A stretch of 63,356 nt of DNA, filler included, from Rhabdomonas costata (Eukaryota): assembly GCA_019059605.1 (NCBI GenBank). It is 33 parts of 33 records of this genome, joined end to end, with 100 filler letters (N's around TTAATTAATTAA, not from the genome) between each part and the next. Parts side by side here need not be neighbours in the genome. Positions count along the whole stretch, not along the records: positions 13,465 to 15,287 come from JAHMHO010008557.1; positions 15,388 to 17,210 come from JAHMHO010008558.1; positions 17,311 to 19,133 come from JAHMHO010008559.1; positions 19,234 to 21,056 come from JAHMHO010008560.1; positions 21,157 to 22,979 come from JAHMHO010008561.1; positions 23,080 to 24,902 come from JAHMHO010008562.1; positions 25,003 to 26,825 come from JAHMHO010008563.1; positions 26,926 to 28,748 come from JAHMHO010008564.1; 25 more parts are not named here. One strand, written 5' to 3'. The notes beneath the pieces are model-generated. The model was given only the letters and a program-made list of their open reading frames with translations. It was not told the origin of the DNA and searched no databases. Positions 13,785 to 27,006 of the stretch are shown here, piece after piece. Each line of letters begins with the position of its first letter. Position 1 is the stretch's first letter. The translations under genes and the position numbers were made by a program.

Positions 13785-15287
13785 TTAGAGGCCCCAGCGA
13801 ATCTCCAGCCCCGTGGGGTACCTCATGATGGTCCGCCGCATCAATACCACTTCCGGGGGGCATTCTGACAAGGACCCCTCCTCCTTCTCCGCCGCCGCCA
13901 CCGTGGTTTTCCTCCCCGAGGGTGGAGCAAACTCCGTCGGGTCGTCCTCCACCTCGGTCAGCACCCCCCACTCCTGAGTTGGGGCACTAGGGGGCACCCC
14001 GGTGCGCGCGGCCCTCACCCAACGCTCGAAGGTCTTCTGGAGCTCTGCCCTGGCCGCAACCGGGGAGCCCGCGGCAGAGCCCGCGGGAGAGCCCGGCAGC
14101 TCGCTCTGCAGCCGGTACATCCACCTGTTATTTTGCCGAGGGTTTTGTATCGAACCAGTACCCACCAGGTGTACTGAAGGTGAGAAAGGGTGTCAGCACC
14201 CGATTGTGGTTAAAAGTTGGCATCATTAAACGTTCAACACCGCAACACCGCGAAGCATAGCCTCGAAAGTCAAGATGCCACCCCCATGTTTGTTCACAGC
14301 GTGACACGGGCACTGGACAAACAAACACTTTTGCCGGCGCGAAATTCATCGTTAAAAACTGTGGAAGGCCTGCTTCATCACCACGCTCACCCTTAAAGCA
14401 CCTAAAGTCGTGAGCGGGTACCCGAAGACAACACTTTTTTGTGGGGACAGTGTGGGCTGAAAATAGACCCACACGCAGCACTACAAACATACTCCATGTC
14501 CTGATTCTCGGAGAGTTCCGAGGTGGGCGGGGCCAGGGGCTGCAGGCAGGCCACTACCTTCACTGGACTGCGATAGGCCAGCCGCAGCACCGTGCAGGGT
14601 ACGCTCTGCAGGTAACACTCAACCTGAGAGAGAGCAGTGCAGACGCATCGCTCCGCCCTGCTGACCCTCCGTTGGTTTCGCTGTGCGGTGATTGTCACAA
14701 TGTGAAGGTTCCAATCGAAATTAGTGGCGGTGACAAGGGACGTTTTGTGCTTCATTTTTCGACCTAAAACGTAGGCATAATCGGGAATTCCTCGGGATAA
14801 TCGGGAAACCACCTTCGATCGACCGTCCGGGCTCTTTTGCACTCGCCCATGCGTGCCATAGCACACTGAATACCATCGCATGGCCAAGTGCAGGCCGTAT
14901 GCTGTCATTCCCTCCACCTTTTGCCCGGTGCTCGGAATGGAGGATTTCCGCCACTATGTATAGTCGTCACGTCGAGTCACTAAAATTATGAGGCGGGCAG
15001 GATAATTTTCGAAGCTTTTTGCGCTTTTGCAAGTTATCATGTCCAGTTCGACAGTCCGAACCATCCGTTCAAGAGAACACTGCCTGAAAGGAAGGTTTTA
15101 ACTAAAAAATAAACCATCACGATGCATCCACCTACAGCGGAAAAACTACGCTCCGGAAAAAAACTTTCAACGCAAATAAGGCGCACCTGCTTCGCTACGG
15201 CCTCCGTCAAGAGGATGGGCACGCCATGTTCTTTGCAGCCCACGCGCTGCAGGGCCACCGCCTGTTCCACGGCCTCCCCCACAAAAC
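13785..15287 (-). CDS. Adenylate/guanylate cyclase-like protein, C-terminal part; exons ~15283-15187, 14623-14493, 14124-13785
   Basis: GEAVEQAVALQR..GVPILLTEAV resembles a degenerate class III cyclase GDTVN.A.RL..ILIS segment; in-phase splicing through DMEWMYRL to a stop. Confidence 0.6.
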
Positions 15288-16693
15288 NNNNNNNNNNNNN
15301 NNNNNNNNNNNNNNNNNNNNNNNNNNNNNNNTTAATTAATTAANNNNNNNNNNNNNNNNNNNNNNNNNNNNNNNNNNNNNNNNNNNNTGTCTTACGATTT
15401 ATGATCGACCTGTGCGGGGGGGGGCTGAGCGCGATTGGCTTGTATGGTGGCGGCTTTTTATGCATTGCTTTAGGGTTTATGTGAAGCCGGAGCACGGCTG
15501 GTTTGGGAGAAGGGCTGGGATTGCTTTCTTTTGTCCTGAGGCCTTGCTGCTTTCCACCCTCGTGGGTTTTTTCGGTGGTGATCTTTTCTTCCCACCTTTT
15601 AGGTTTGCCTTTTGTAACACACCGGGTAAGTATTTTTCTCTTTCTCTGCCAGGCTTTGCTTCGCGTTCATGCATGTGTTCACTGGCTTTCCAATCAGCTA
15701 ACTTTGGAAGATGGTCTTCGCCTTTCGTAGAACGCCACGTCTGTCATTTCTGGGTGCATCTGTTCTTTTCCCTCCTTTTTCCTCTGGCCGGTGACAACCA
15801 CCAGAGCGATCGATTCGAAAGTTGCTTCGCGAAGATCTGTTTGTTGCTGATTCCTGTTCTACCCCTGTTGCAGATCCGGCTGGGGCAGAGGGGAAGGGAG
15901 AGAAAAAGGGAGGGAAGTATGGGGGAAATTTTGAGAGGAGGGGATTGTAGGCGTAACATAGGATGGGTATAAAAAGGATCTTCCTGTGAAAGCAGGGCTA
16001 CAATCGTTCACCAAAGGAAGACAGATGCGTGCAGGGGAGCCCATGCCTGGCGGTGTTGGTGTTGGGGAGTGGCTCTGCCATGTGTGCGCTATTGTTCCAC
16101 CTTGGGGAAAACTTTAGTTGCTGAGCTTTGTCCATCCATTTCACCTTTTTCTTTGGTCCCTTTCTTTGTACTGTGTTACGCCGTTATGTAGTAGAAGCAG
16201 AATACAGCTTACCAGTTCGTGATCAGTCGAAATTTGTGACACCGGTTTACCTCAGTTTATCGCGCATGTCGTGGCACACTGAATAAAGAAAGTGCCGCCA
16301 CTACCGGCCGGATCTTTTCGGACAAGGAGAGCGTTGCTGACATAAATGGTGTATTATCCCTTACCCTCCCTCTGTTGCGGCGTGGAAAAGGCGATCTGTG
16401 ATGAATTGATTCGAAACTTGAATTGCATTTACGTTTCCACCCCCGAGATAAGTTTAAAAATTGAATTGCAACGCCGCAGCGTTGACCTGCAGAGGGGGCG
16501 TTTGCACCATTTTGTGTGAGATTGTGATATGTATATCAGTCGCTTAGAAAAGCCTCGGCACACTCATTACACAGCAAGCATCATCCTTCTCTCTCGGCGT
16601 GTGTGTGCGTAGCATTTTTGGACGCCCCAACTCCGTTGTTCTTTTTTTGCTGTTGTTGGACGTGGGGCTGATTTTGGGAGTTGTGCATAGGCA

Positions 16694-16805
16694 ATGAGCG
16701 TCTCTCACAGGGCGGCCTCGGTGGCGCGAAAGACCGCCGAGACGGAGATCTCGGTCACTCTGGATTTGGATGGGGATGGTACCCACCAAGTCAGCACCGG
16801 AATCG
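16694..16805 (+). CDS. HIS3: Imidazoleglycerol-phosphate dehydratase, first exon
   Basis: [35 protein letters not shown] matches the HisB/HIS3 N-terminus; gt donor at 16806. Confidence 0.88.
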
Positions 16806-17828
16806 GTAGCTGCGCCCCCGCGAAGCGAGGGAGGAGTTTTTGCTTTCAGAAAAAAAAGAGAAAGGGCAGGGAGGGGTCTTCCCTTGTATAACTTTGCTTT
16901 TCCTGCTGTCCCATGCCCATTCTGCTGTTAAACAGCAGGGGGCATTTTCTGCTGGAGCATGTACTCAGTGTGCTCACAAAGGTCATGTTATGATGTACTT
17001 TAAAGGAAAACGGCTCCCTTTTTTTCGTGGCAATGGTCTGCTTGCCTTTCGGTTTGTGTTGTAGGACAAGCGCTCCCCTGTTCTGTTTTCTGTGGCGATG
17101 GTTGGCTTCAGGTTCCGTATCTTGGATGGATTTAGTGTGGTCCTAGTCCTTGAGGGAAAAGCTTTGTCAAGGCTGCCCACAGGGCAGCACCTCGGACTCA
17201 CTCGCGCCCGNNNNNNNNNNNNNNNNNNNNNNNNNNNNNNNNNNNNNNNNNNNNTTAATTAATTAANNNNNNNNNNNNNNNNNNNNNNNNNNNNNNNNNN
17301 NNNNNNNNNNGGGGGTGGGTGCGAAAATGAATGAACGTCACACTGAAAAACGCTCGGTTTTTTGCTTTCTTTTCTGTCGTGGTTACTCTTTCGTCTCACT
17401 CGAAACAATTGCAAACGGGGACGTCTTCAGTTGAAGCATATGAAAACATTGTAGCAAAGCGTCACGCTCGGTTTTCTGCTTTGTTGTTTTTTGATTTGGG
17501 GGAAAGAGGGTTCAAAGAATTTTTCTTCTTTCGTGAGAATCACGGCATCAATTTGACACAGTGGTAGGGACACACAAAACAACAATAAACACTGGGACTG
17601 GGAGAACAAAATCAGAATGAGAAAAGGGAAAGAATAAGCGAACACGGAAAGAAGGGCTATTGGGTTATGTCAATATCTGCTTTGTTTGGAAGACTACTGT
17701 AGGACTATGTACCATGGCAGGCAAGAACCAAAGATCTGCCTTTCTGTGCAGGATTCCTGCCCTTCTCGATTGATTGAGAAGGGAGGAAGATGAGGGTTCG
17801 CTTTGTTGGGTTAAACCTTCTTGTTCAG

Positions 17829-19133
17829 AGTTTCAGGCTGAGATGACTCGAATGCGGGAGAAAGTGCAGGCGATTTTGACAGAGAACGGCGAAGCTCGCG
17901 AGGAAATGGAGGACCTCAAGTTGCAGGTGAGCGTGGGGTTTGGGAAGCGTTTACAAAGGCTTAAGGTGTTGGTGCGCATGGATGTGATGTGAAGAGAGTC
18001 CCCCCCCAAAAAAAAACAGTCGCCGAATTAAGAATGCGTGGATGTGATGCATTGATTGTTTGTGCAGAGCCTTTGGTTGTCATTATGTGCGACCTTCTGC
18101 TTCGCTCAGCTCCAAGAGGCGAGGGAGAAATACACGACGACAGTGACCGAGCTCGAGCAGGAGCGAGAAATGCTGAGCGAGCAGCTCAGGATGGCACAGC
18201 TGGCGTTGGACGACCGGTACGGAGAAGAAAAGAGCCCAAAATTTACTTCTACTTTTTCTTCTTCTTTTCTTTTTCTCCAGCTCTTGTCTGTCGATAGCCC
18301 GTTTTCAGCAAAGCCAAATCAGTCATTCAGGGGAGGGGGCTTCCAGAGTCGTTCAATATCGTCGACCTGCTGAAAGAAGGCAGGCAGTGGCAATTGGGAG
18401 CAAGTCCCGTTCGCTCGGGGTTCGTTCGAGGCGTGTGGTGATTTATGCGACCTTCTTTGCCTGTTGCTGCCAACAGGGATGCCAGCATCAAGGACGTGCA
18501 GGCGCAGAAGCATATTGCCGCCACCAAACTGCACATGTCTGAGCTCAGCCGGCAGGAACTAGAGAAGGAGTACGCTCGGAAGAAGGTGGTTTCTCCCACG
18601 TTATTCTTACTCACAGGACCTGCGCGCTAAAACGAAATTGCCACGCAAGAGTGGCATGTCAGTGATAGCAATCGTGTTGTGCCGCAAAGCATCGTTTAGT
18701 CCTGAAGTTTTCCTTTCGCAGCATGCAGCATGGCCTTTGTTCCACTTTTGTATGTTCCGATCCCGCCCTCCCAACCCCAACAGACTCTCTATACATTCAT
18801 AAGGGTGTGGGAAGTTGATAGCGGTATGTCATATGCTTTGCGCAGGGCCTCGCACTGCGTGTGCAATGCTGTGGCTACCCGCTTCAGTCATATCTGCCTG
18901 CTGTTAAAAAGGAAACTGAAGTTTCTGAGCCTGCGAAGATGTTGTCAGTTTTCTCACCTCTCTCTCTCTCTCTCTCTCTCTCGCTCTCGCTCTCGCTCTC
19001 CCAGACTCAGCTCTCTTCCCTGAGCAAGGTGGAGGACATGGAGCAACGGCTGGGCTCCATCGAGAGGCTCAGTCCCGAGGAGATTGACAAGCTCAAGATG
19101 GACATCTCCCAGCTCAACCAGGCCCACAACACC
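17829..19133 (+). CDS. Coiled-coil protein, partial; exons 17829-17926, 18110-18216, 18477-18585, 19011-19133
   Basis: E/K/Q/L-rich heptad-like exons with phase-consistent GT-AG junctions. Confidence 0.7.
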
Positions 19134-19233
19134 NNNNNNNNNNNNNNNNNNNNNNNNNNNNNNNNNNNNNNNNNNNNTTAATTAATTAANNNNNNNNNNN
19201 NNNNNNNNNNNNNNNNNNNNNNNNNNNNNNNNN

Positions 19234-20953
19234 GGGTTTTGGGGGCTTCGGAATCCCAATGGCTCAGCGCAGCTCGTGAAGCGACTCCTTGATGCGCAAC
19301 TGAGTGAGAACTGGCGCGCGTTGTTTCCACGGGTGCAGCAGAGGGGGACTGGTCCTTCGTAACCCAGACTCGTTTTCGGAGATCCCTTCCTCGGGCATCA
19401 CCATCGTCTTCTCTTTCTTCCTCGAAGGCAGTGCTTTTTTTAGCCTGAGGCTCTTCAGGCTGAGGCTGGGAAACGGGCTGCCAGCGCTGACCCTGCCGTC
19501 GGGCGCGGCGATCCTCGTAAGCGACAGAACGCTCGCTCTTTGAGGGCTTCGACTCAGAAGACCGTTGCTCCCCAGGAGTAAAAGCTGGCTTAGAAACTTC
19601 TTTTTGGGTTGTGGGAAGCGGTTGAGCTGAAGTGATAGGCTCCTGCGTAGCGGGCACGCCAGGAGAACTAGCAGTCGTGCTCTCTCCTTTTTTGACCAGA
19701 ACTCGGGCTCTCGGGCGCCTCGGTTGAATTTCCTCTTCCTCGCCCACACCACCCTCATCTTCTTCCTGACGCTGACGCTGCTTTGGCTCGTCTTCGGCAC
19801 GACGACCGCGCGGCTTAGGATCTTCTTTTTGAGGCCCACTGACGGGAGCTGGTCGGGATCCGCCAGGAGTCCTGCGCGCTCGAGCACGGCGTGCACCCCC
19901 ATGAAGCTCATCTTCAGACCCACTTTCCTCGGTATCAGCAGACTTCTCGGGTGCTTGAATCTGTGGAGCCGGCGCTTCAGCCTGGGCAACGGCACGAGAA
20001 CGGGGTGGTGGTGCATGAAAGTCCTTGGACTTCGACTTGGGGTCTTTGGTGAGAACCGTCTCCTCTTGAGCAGGACGTTCTTGTTCTTCTGGCACCAACA
20101 CTCTCTCTTGCCGGGTAGCAAATTGCACGGGGGCGGCGCGTGAAGCCGCAGCAGCATGAGCGGGTCCGCCCCCCTTCCCTGACGTGCGGACATCAGGGGC
20201 CGGCTGGGGGCCTTGTGCAGCGCGGGCTTGGGCTAAAACCTCGGACTGCTCATCCTTCCTCAGGGGCTTGCCTGTACCCTTCCCCCGGTCAGCTTTGGGA
20301 AGGAAATCAAAAAGCTTGGGCTTGGATGGTTCCATTCCTCCTCCCTCTCGGCCGTACGGGCGACTTCTCATTGGCGCCGTGTGCTGAAAGGCTGCGGGGG
20401 CTGTCACGATGGGACTGGCGGTGCTGCTCGAGCTCCCTGTTATGGTGACTCCAGTGACCGTGTCTCCCATCTTGCGGCGTTGCTCCTTCTCCTCAAATTC
20501 CCGCTTCAGCTTATCGATCTTCTCCTTCCAAGCGCGCTGCTTCGCCGCCTCTGCCTGGGCACGCAAGTGTTTCTGACGGTTCTGAGCGGACAGGACCTCG
20601 ACCTTGGGAAGCTGCTGGGTATGCCACTGCAGCAGCTTTGCCCAGGCTTGATCCACGACTTTGACAAGCGAGTCACGCGCCTGGGTTTCCTCGAGCCGGA
20701 CACCGGCCAACTGCTTGCCCTGATGCTGACCCATGCTGCAAGACGCCCTCTCAAGAGCTTCAAACCGCACCAGCTCTGCACGCTCTCGAGCCTCGCTCTG
20801 CTGAGCTTCATGCAAGACGTGTGCCCAAAGCTGGCTTTGCAGCTGCCACTGGCCACCTGCCTCGGACCCTCGAGCCTGCTCAGTCGGACGCCCCGCAGCT
20901 CCTGAAGCCGAAGTTGGGCCTGAAGAACTCAGGTTTAGATTCAACCTCTCCAA
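19234..20953 (-). CDS. Long intronless ORF (>570 aa) with a coiled-coil N-terminal part and a low-complexity charged C-terminal part; possibly a retroelement ORF1/gag-like protein
   Basis: Open across nearly the whole contig, unlike the short exons elsewhere; no domain recognised. Confidence 0.45.
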
Positions 20954-21050
20954 GAAGGATGCGGCACCTGACCCGACAGCGTCAGCTTCTGGTACACGAC
21001 CGTCTGTCGGGTCAGGTGCCGCATCCTTCTTGGAGAGGTTGAATCCAAAC
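20932..21050. repeat. Terminal fold-back inverted duplication; probable WGA chimera
   Basis: gattcaacctctccaagaaggatgcggcacctgacccgacag and its reverse complement at the contig end. Confidence 0.85.
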
Positions 21051-21779
21051 CAAACCNNNNNNNNNNNNNNNNNNNNNNNNNNNNNNNNNNNNNNNNNNNN
21101 TTAATTAATTAANNNNNNNNNNNNNNNNNNNNNNNNNNNNNNNNNNNNNNNNNNNNGCTGAACTCACCCTTCATCTTCGGGTTCAGGTGGTGATGTTGGC
21201 GTTTCGGTGACTCTCATGCATCAACGTAGCGGTTCTGTCACCCTTCTAACGCTGTGTCATGAGTGGGTCTCAGCATCCACGCTGTCACCACTTCACTCCA
21301 ACATCCTCTGGTCATTGGCACTCCAACCACCATAACCAGCAGCAGGGTCGCTCCACCACCATAAGGATGGTTACGCTCCCTCACACTCAACGAACATCAA
21401 CATCTGGTTGTGTGTAAGGTCGGGCTCGGCGCCCTCCACTTCGCATCACTCCCTCAGTTGGGTTGAGGTGCTGCTGGTCATAGCATTAGGTTCGTGGTTG
21501 TGTGGTTACTACCCAGTTCCTACGCAGCATCTATGCAGGGTAACATTCCCTACTCCTACTTCTACTGTAATGGAGGGAGTGTGTGCTATGATGTGGTAGG
21601 TCTTGGCGTAGTGTACCGGTGTGGACGATAAACCCTCTGGTGGGGTGACGCTCCAACAACGGGCATAACAACCGCTATGACCACTACCACCATCGCCACT
21701 ACTACTGCACGTGGGTACCTTAGCTGTGGTTCTACCGATATATATACGGTATATACGGTATATATACGGTTCTACCTTC

Positions 21780-22250
21780 TACGCTAAGTCCTGCCATCAG
21801 GTTCATGTGATATGTTGGTAGAGAGCCAGACTGTCAGATGCCTGCAGCCATTGCCACTATGCGTAGTTAGTCAGCGGGCTCACCTCTCACGCCATCATAG
21901 GGCTCAGTAACATGGGTTGAGTGACGTTGCATCACCGGTAACCACGTTCCTTGCCTCATGTGGTACTGGTGTACACCATAGCCTAGCATCCATCACTAGG
22001 TCTTTCTTCAGAGGAACCACCCCCTGGAACAGCGCTGTGCCACTCGAAGGTAACATACACACGTATTTCCCAGGCGAACCTGACTCCATCTCACCCATCA
22101 GCGCGGTCACCTCATCTTCGCATGCGGAACCTCTTCTACGCATGGTACTGGGGCCTGAGCTGTGCTTCGATGTATTCGTCCAGACGCGTAAACTGTGGAA
22201 AGTCCTTTCTATTTCACTACCGACCTTGTCCTGGATCCGCAGACCCTTAC
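21780..22250 (-). mobile_element. Decayed coding repeat, possibly DIRS/YR-retrotransposon RT-RNase H; homologous to 59655-59965
   Basis: Collinear shared blocks with contig 32; VMDARLW..V.TGDAT and HI...NLMAGLS resemble the RNase H TDAS and HI.G..N..AD.LSR motifs. Confidence 0.4.
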
Positions 22251-23513
22251 CTAGCCACCATCCATAACCTTTTCAGCTGTAAACCGATCTCCGAAGAGAG
22301 AAGAAGGAACCCGAACCCAAGACGCGAAGGCAGAACCCGACACAGAACAAGCACAGTACAAGCACAACAACCATCAGCCTCCAACCACCGAAACCCAAAC
22401 CCCAACGTCCAACTCCGACTCAACAACATCCTCAACTCGGGAACACTAACAGAAGCACTACCAATACACGAATACCGAACCCTCAAATGCAACCCCAACA
22501 CCCAAAGACGCGAAGACCCAACGCACCACGAATACCCACGCACCCACACAGCCTCGAACCCACACGCTCCAACCCACACCCAACCTTCCAACCCCGAATG
22601 CATGAACCCCAAATACCTCAACACCCAAATACTGAAGACCTCAACCCTCGAATCCAAAACCCGACCCAGAAATCAGAAGACGAAACACAAAAACCACACC
22701 CAGAAATCAACCCTCAACTCAAACTCAGAAACCCGAATACCCGAATGCAGGAATACCCTACCTGCGGTGCCACCCTACTTCGACATGCCCGTACCTACCA
22801 TGCCTACGTACCCTCAGAAACCACCAGCCTCATCTCAGGATACGGGGTACCTTAAGACCACCAACCTGCATCATACCACCCTAAGACACCTCCGGACCCT
22901 CCTACCCTACCCTCCTACACCTGACCCCTCAATGCACCAAAGTACGCACTGACCACCACTCACATGCATCCATACACCCNNNNNNNNNNNNNNNNNNNNN
23001 NNNNNNNNNNNNNNNNNNNNNNNTTAATTAATTAANNNNNNNNNNNNNNNNNNNNNNNNNNNNNNNNNNNNNNNNNNNNGTGGGGTTTGGCGAAGCACTG
23101 TCTCCCCAGAATTCCCTGCTTTAACCCTGTTTTTTTACGGGCTTAGCTCATGCTGATATGGTACGACTGTTGGTATTGATGCGAGTCGGCTGGAAAGCTA
23201 CAAAAGAAAGCAAAAGTAAAAGTTAAGCAAAAGCAACAAGGAAGGAAAATGAAGCCAGCAACACACCAGGATGGAGCAACGTGCAGGCAAGCAAGGTTTC
23301 CAAGGTTCAGTGGTCCAAACATTAAAACTTTTTTTTGGCTTTGTAAGTTCACGTGCTTATCAAACCAGAAAAAGAAGAAAGGTGCATGGGCTCCTTTTGT
23401 GATATTTCTTATATTGGACCAACAAAGTGTCCATTGCAACTTGATGCAACACACACTCGTCAAACAGGGCAACGGCAGGAAAGCACGCAGAGGTCTAGAA
23501 GACACAGCAGCAC

Positions 23514-24364
23514 CCAGGAAGCTGCCGTAGGAGACCCCGATGTGGATCTTCAGCACCACGGAGGTGCCGGGGACTTGGTGGTGGTTAAACTTCGCCTGCA
23601 GGGCCAGCGAGCACTCCGTGGCCCGCACCACGGGCTGCCTCTGCTCTGCTGCCGAGGTCCCCGAGGCCCACAGCGCCAGGAAGGCGTCGCCAGCGAAGGA
23701 CACAATGTCCCCCTCGTGGCCGTACACCACCTCAATCAGGAGGCTGAGGTAGTCGTTGATATACTTCGAAAGCAGCATTGCACCCTTCGAGCCCTGAAAA
23801 TCACGTGTCAAGGGCTCTCTCTTCACTCTACGGCGAGCGCTTTTGCGCGCGTCCTCTATACTTCATCCTCCTGCTTCCTTCACTACCGGAGCGAAAAACT
23901 AACAATGTTTGCCAAAATTCTGCGACTATTTTCTTACCGTTTGCCTTCTTCGGAGTTTTTCTTCTTTCCAAACGAAACGTTGGTAATGCCATCCAAGTGG
24001 CCTCAACATTGTCTTTTCGCGGGGGTTGGGGAGAGGGAAACTGAGTCAAGGGAATACTGCATAAGAATCACTGTACGGGGGTCAACGATGGGCTAAGTTC
24101 GCAGTGCACCACACCTCCGGGTCGAATGAGAGAGAGAGAGAGCAGGGGATCACTTGCTCCCCTTCCCCTCGGTTCTGCTACCACACGATCATTTCCCAGT
24201 CATCACCAATAATGATCGCCTCGCCGTTCCTGCTTTGGACGCTGACACAGAATGAGACAGCGGCATTCAGGAGGGAGCGCAAACACCTGACTCAGGGTGT
24301 GGGTCAGCGCGCTGAATCCAGAGATGTCCACAAAAGCAATCGCGCCTTCCACGTGAGTGCAGTT
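23514..24364 (-). CDS. Soluble adenylate cyclase (sAC/ADCY10-like) first catalytic domain, partial; exons 24364-24287, 23793-23514
   Basis: AIAFVDISGFSAL..GA..L..YINDY..LIE.V..HEGDIVSFAGDAFLALW..LKIHIGVSYG. Confidence 0.88.
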
Positions 24365-26078
24365 CTGAAGAAGAGAGGAAAACACCAACATTTGCGTCGC
24401 CTCATAACCCTCTCATAACCCATAGACTTCTCAGGGGAAACACTCACTGCCCTCTTATCGCGCTTCAAACTTTTGCATTCGAACCACAAACATACAGATA
24501 CCAAAGAGATGAGCCCCAGAGTTGATGAAACGGGGTTCTGTTCTGGAAACGGGGTTCTGTTCCCTCCCGACGCAATGACAACTGGACGCGCAAGTGCGGG
24601 CCGGCAAGGTGCTGTAAATAGCTGTAGTTCAGGAATCAGCTATGCACAGAAACAGAGACGGGGGGGGGGAGGCGTCGATCCGTTAGCAAGCCCTGAAGCC
24701 CCGCCAGACAACAAACCCCATACGCCAACTGAAACTCAACCCTCGACAAAAACCAGTCTTACCAGCTAACCGACGAAGCGCAACAGGGATACTCATGCGA
24801 GCTACTCTCCGCGCCGGTGGCTACAAAAAGCCCACACCAACCCCCTGAAGGAACCCCCCAGTCAACCTTCCCGATAGTCAGCACTTGGTCGCACACACAA
24901 CCNNNNNNNNNNNNNNNNNNNNNNNNNNNNNNNNNNNNNNNNNNNNTTAATTAATTAANNNNNNNNNNNNNNNNNNNNNNNNNNNNNNNNNNNNNNNNNN
25001 NNTGGTGGTCGATTGCCATAGGTTCCGTCGAGTTTGCCGTGCCAAGTGTTGCACATGGTCCGGTTGGTGATGGAGGGAGGGAGAGCTTGTGGGAGGCTTT
25101 CTTTCAAACATCCGTTCCAGGGAGTCCGTCGCAAGAACTTTTTCCCAGGGGTTCTGGCGAAGTGATATTCCCTGCGCCTGCGCTGTGATGGTGGTCTACT
25201 GTGGTGGAGGGACTGTTTTTGGCATTTCTTCCTTCGTTTATGTGATGAGTTGGGCTGACTCCACTTCAGGGAACTCCGAACCTTGGCCTTCTCTTTCTTT
25301 CTTTTTGTAATGCAGTGATATCTTCTTCGGCACTCCTCTCTTCTCTTCAGAGCGAATTCAACCGCCAAATGGTGCACCTGGACCTCCACTACATCCTGGA
25401 CAACGGGCGCTTCAAGCACACTCTGACAGCCTACCCGTGCTGCAGCTGGAATCTCAGCAAGGACTCTGGGGGCGCAACCACAGCCAAGCCATTGTCATGA
25501 TTTCGCGGTTTCTGGATTCTCAGTCGTAACGTTTGTCTTAATTACAATGCATTTTTCCTTAGTTCGGACCTTTTTAGGTGTCCAGGATGTCTGTCGGTGC
25601 GTGGGTGCTGCGCTACATGCACCTTGCGGCCCCACCCCAGGGTTGCATTCGAAGTCTAGTGGACGTTCTGGATGTATTTTTAATTTTCAATCGCGGTCCG
25701 TTGGTTTTTGTGTTTGACAATGGGACTCATCGGGCATCTGCACCGTTGAACGCCGTTGGTTCTTTTGAGTACAGCGCTCGTGTACGTCCGTACATTCGTC
25801 CGAATATTAGGTTGTGGATCGGTGAAAACTATGACAACTCTTCTTGAGCCCCATTTTCCGAGAATGAACGAACATGATCTTCAGGTGCTTTTTCTTTCGG
25901 ACCGACACATCAATTGTCGGTGGATCGTGGGTGCAATTGCATTGTGCAGATTGTCAAAAGTTTTCGCAGGTGTCTAGCAAGCCCGAATTCTGATTTCCGG
26001 AATTAACTCCTCCGCTTCCCCACCTTTTGGATGCACCTACAACGAAGAATCTCACTGCGTCTTAATTTTTGTGCAGCA

Positions 26079-26825
26079 ATGGATTCTCTTTCAGAGGATG
26101 TCTTACGATCCGTATTTGCCTTCTTTTGGGGCCACTCCTTGTGCCTTGTGAGCCAGCGGTGGAGTGCTCTGGTGCACTTGACCCATGTGGGCTTCCTTGG
26201 ACCTGAACGCGAGCAAGATGGCGTTTTGCGCCCCAATCACCCGTTTGCGAAGCTGCTGCTTCCAGAGCGTGTGATCAGCGCGACCATATTTTTTGTGAAG
26301 CGACCCCTGCAGCGCACTCTTGCGCTGCTAGAGCGGCTGCAGGAGTGCCCGAAACTCACGGAACTTGCTCTTGTCTCCGAGAAGTCGGACCCGATGCTGA
26401 AGGGGCACCAGCGTGTTCTCAACGCAATTCTTTCCAGACTTCGCCGGCTTACCTTGGTTGGTCGTCACGAGCAATACAAAGATGTGCTGCAATGGGATCA
26501 TGCCGAGCACCTGACTGAGTTCAGTGCTGACCACTTTGAATACTGTGGACTGGCGGCTCTGCAGAGGTGCCCTCGGCTTCGAAGTTTAGTTTTTCCTGGG
26601 TGGGCAACCGAAAACATATACGGGGGAGAACTGGCCGAGGTTTTGAGTGAGGCTCCCGTCCGTAGGCTTTCAGTGAAAAGCAAAGCCCGCGTCTTCTTTT
26701 TCCTGGGCGCCAGTGTGCAGGACGTTGTCACCAAACTCGCTTCGTTAGAAGAGCTTTCGATCTCTGACTTGTGGTTTGCTGCGCAAGAGAACGTTATCGA
26801 GACGTTGCGCCGATCCCCCACCCCC
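26079..26825 (+). CDS. F-box/LRR-like protein, 3'-partial, intronless in view
   Basis: MDSLSEDVLRSVFAF...LVSQRW is F-box-like, followed by LxxCPxLxxL repeats. Confidence 0.7.
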
Positions 26826-27006
26826 NNNNNNNNNNNNNNNNNNNNNNNNNNNNNNNNNNNNNNNNNNNNTTAATTAATTAANNNNNNNNNNNNNNNNNNN
26901 NNNNNNNNNNNNNNNNNNNNNNNNNGTGTGGTTTTGTTTGCCCCACAACGTGTGCTCGTTCTCTGTCTCTGTCTCTGTCGCCCCCGCCCTGTGCCCTCTT
27001 CCGTAG

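Noticed and set aside
16938..16985. FLLEHVLSVLTK as HIS3 exon 2
   Set aside because: Only loosely like FLDHML, and no acceptor gives a clean join to the exon 1 sequence
22300..22979. Long ORFs on both strands in an A/C-rich tract
   Set aside because: Explained by compositional skew that depletes stop codons; no protein signature
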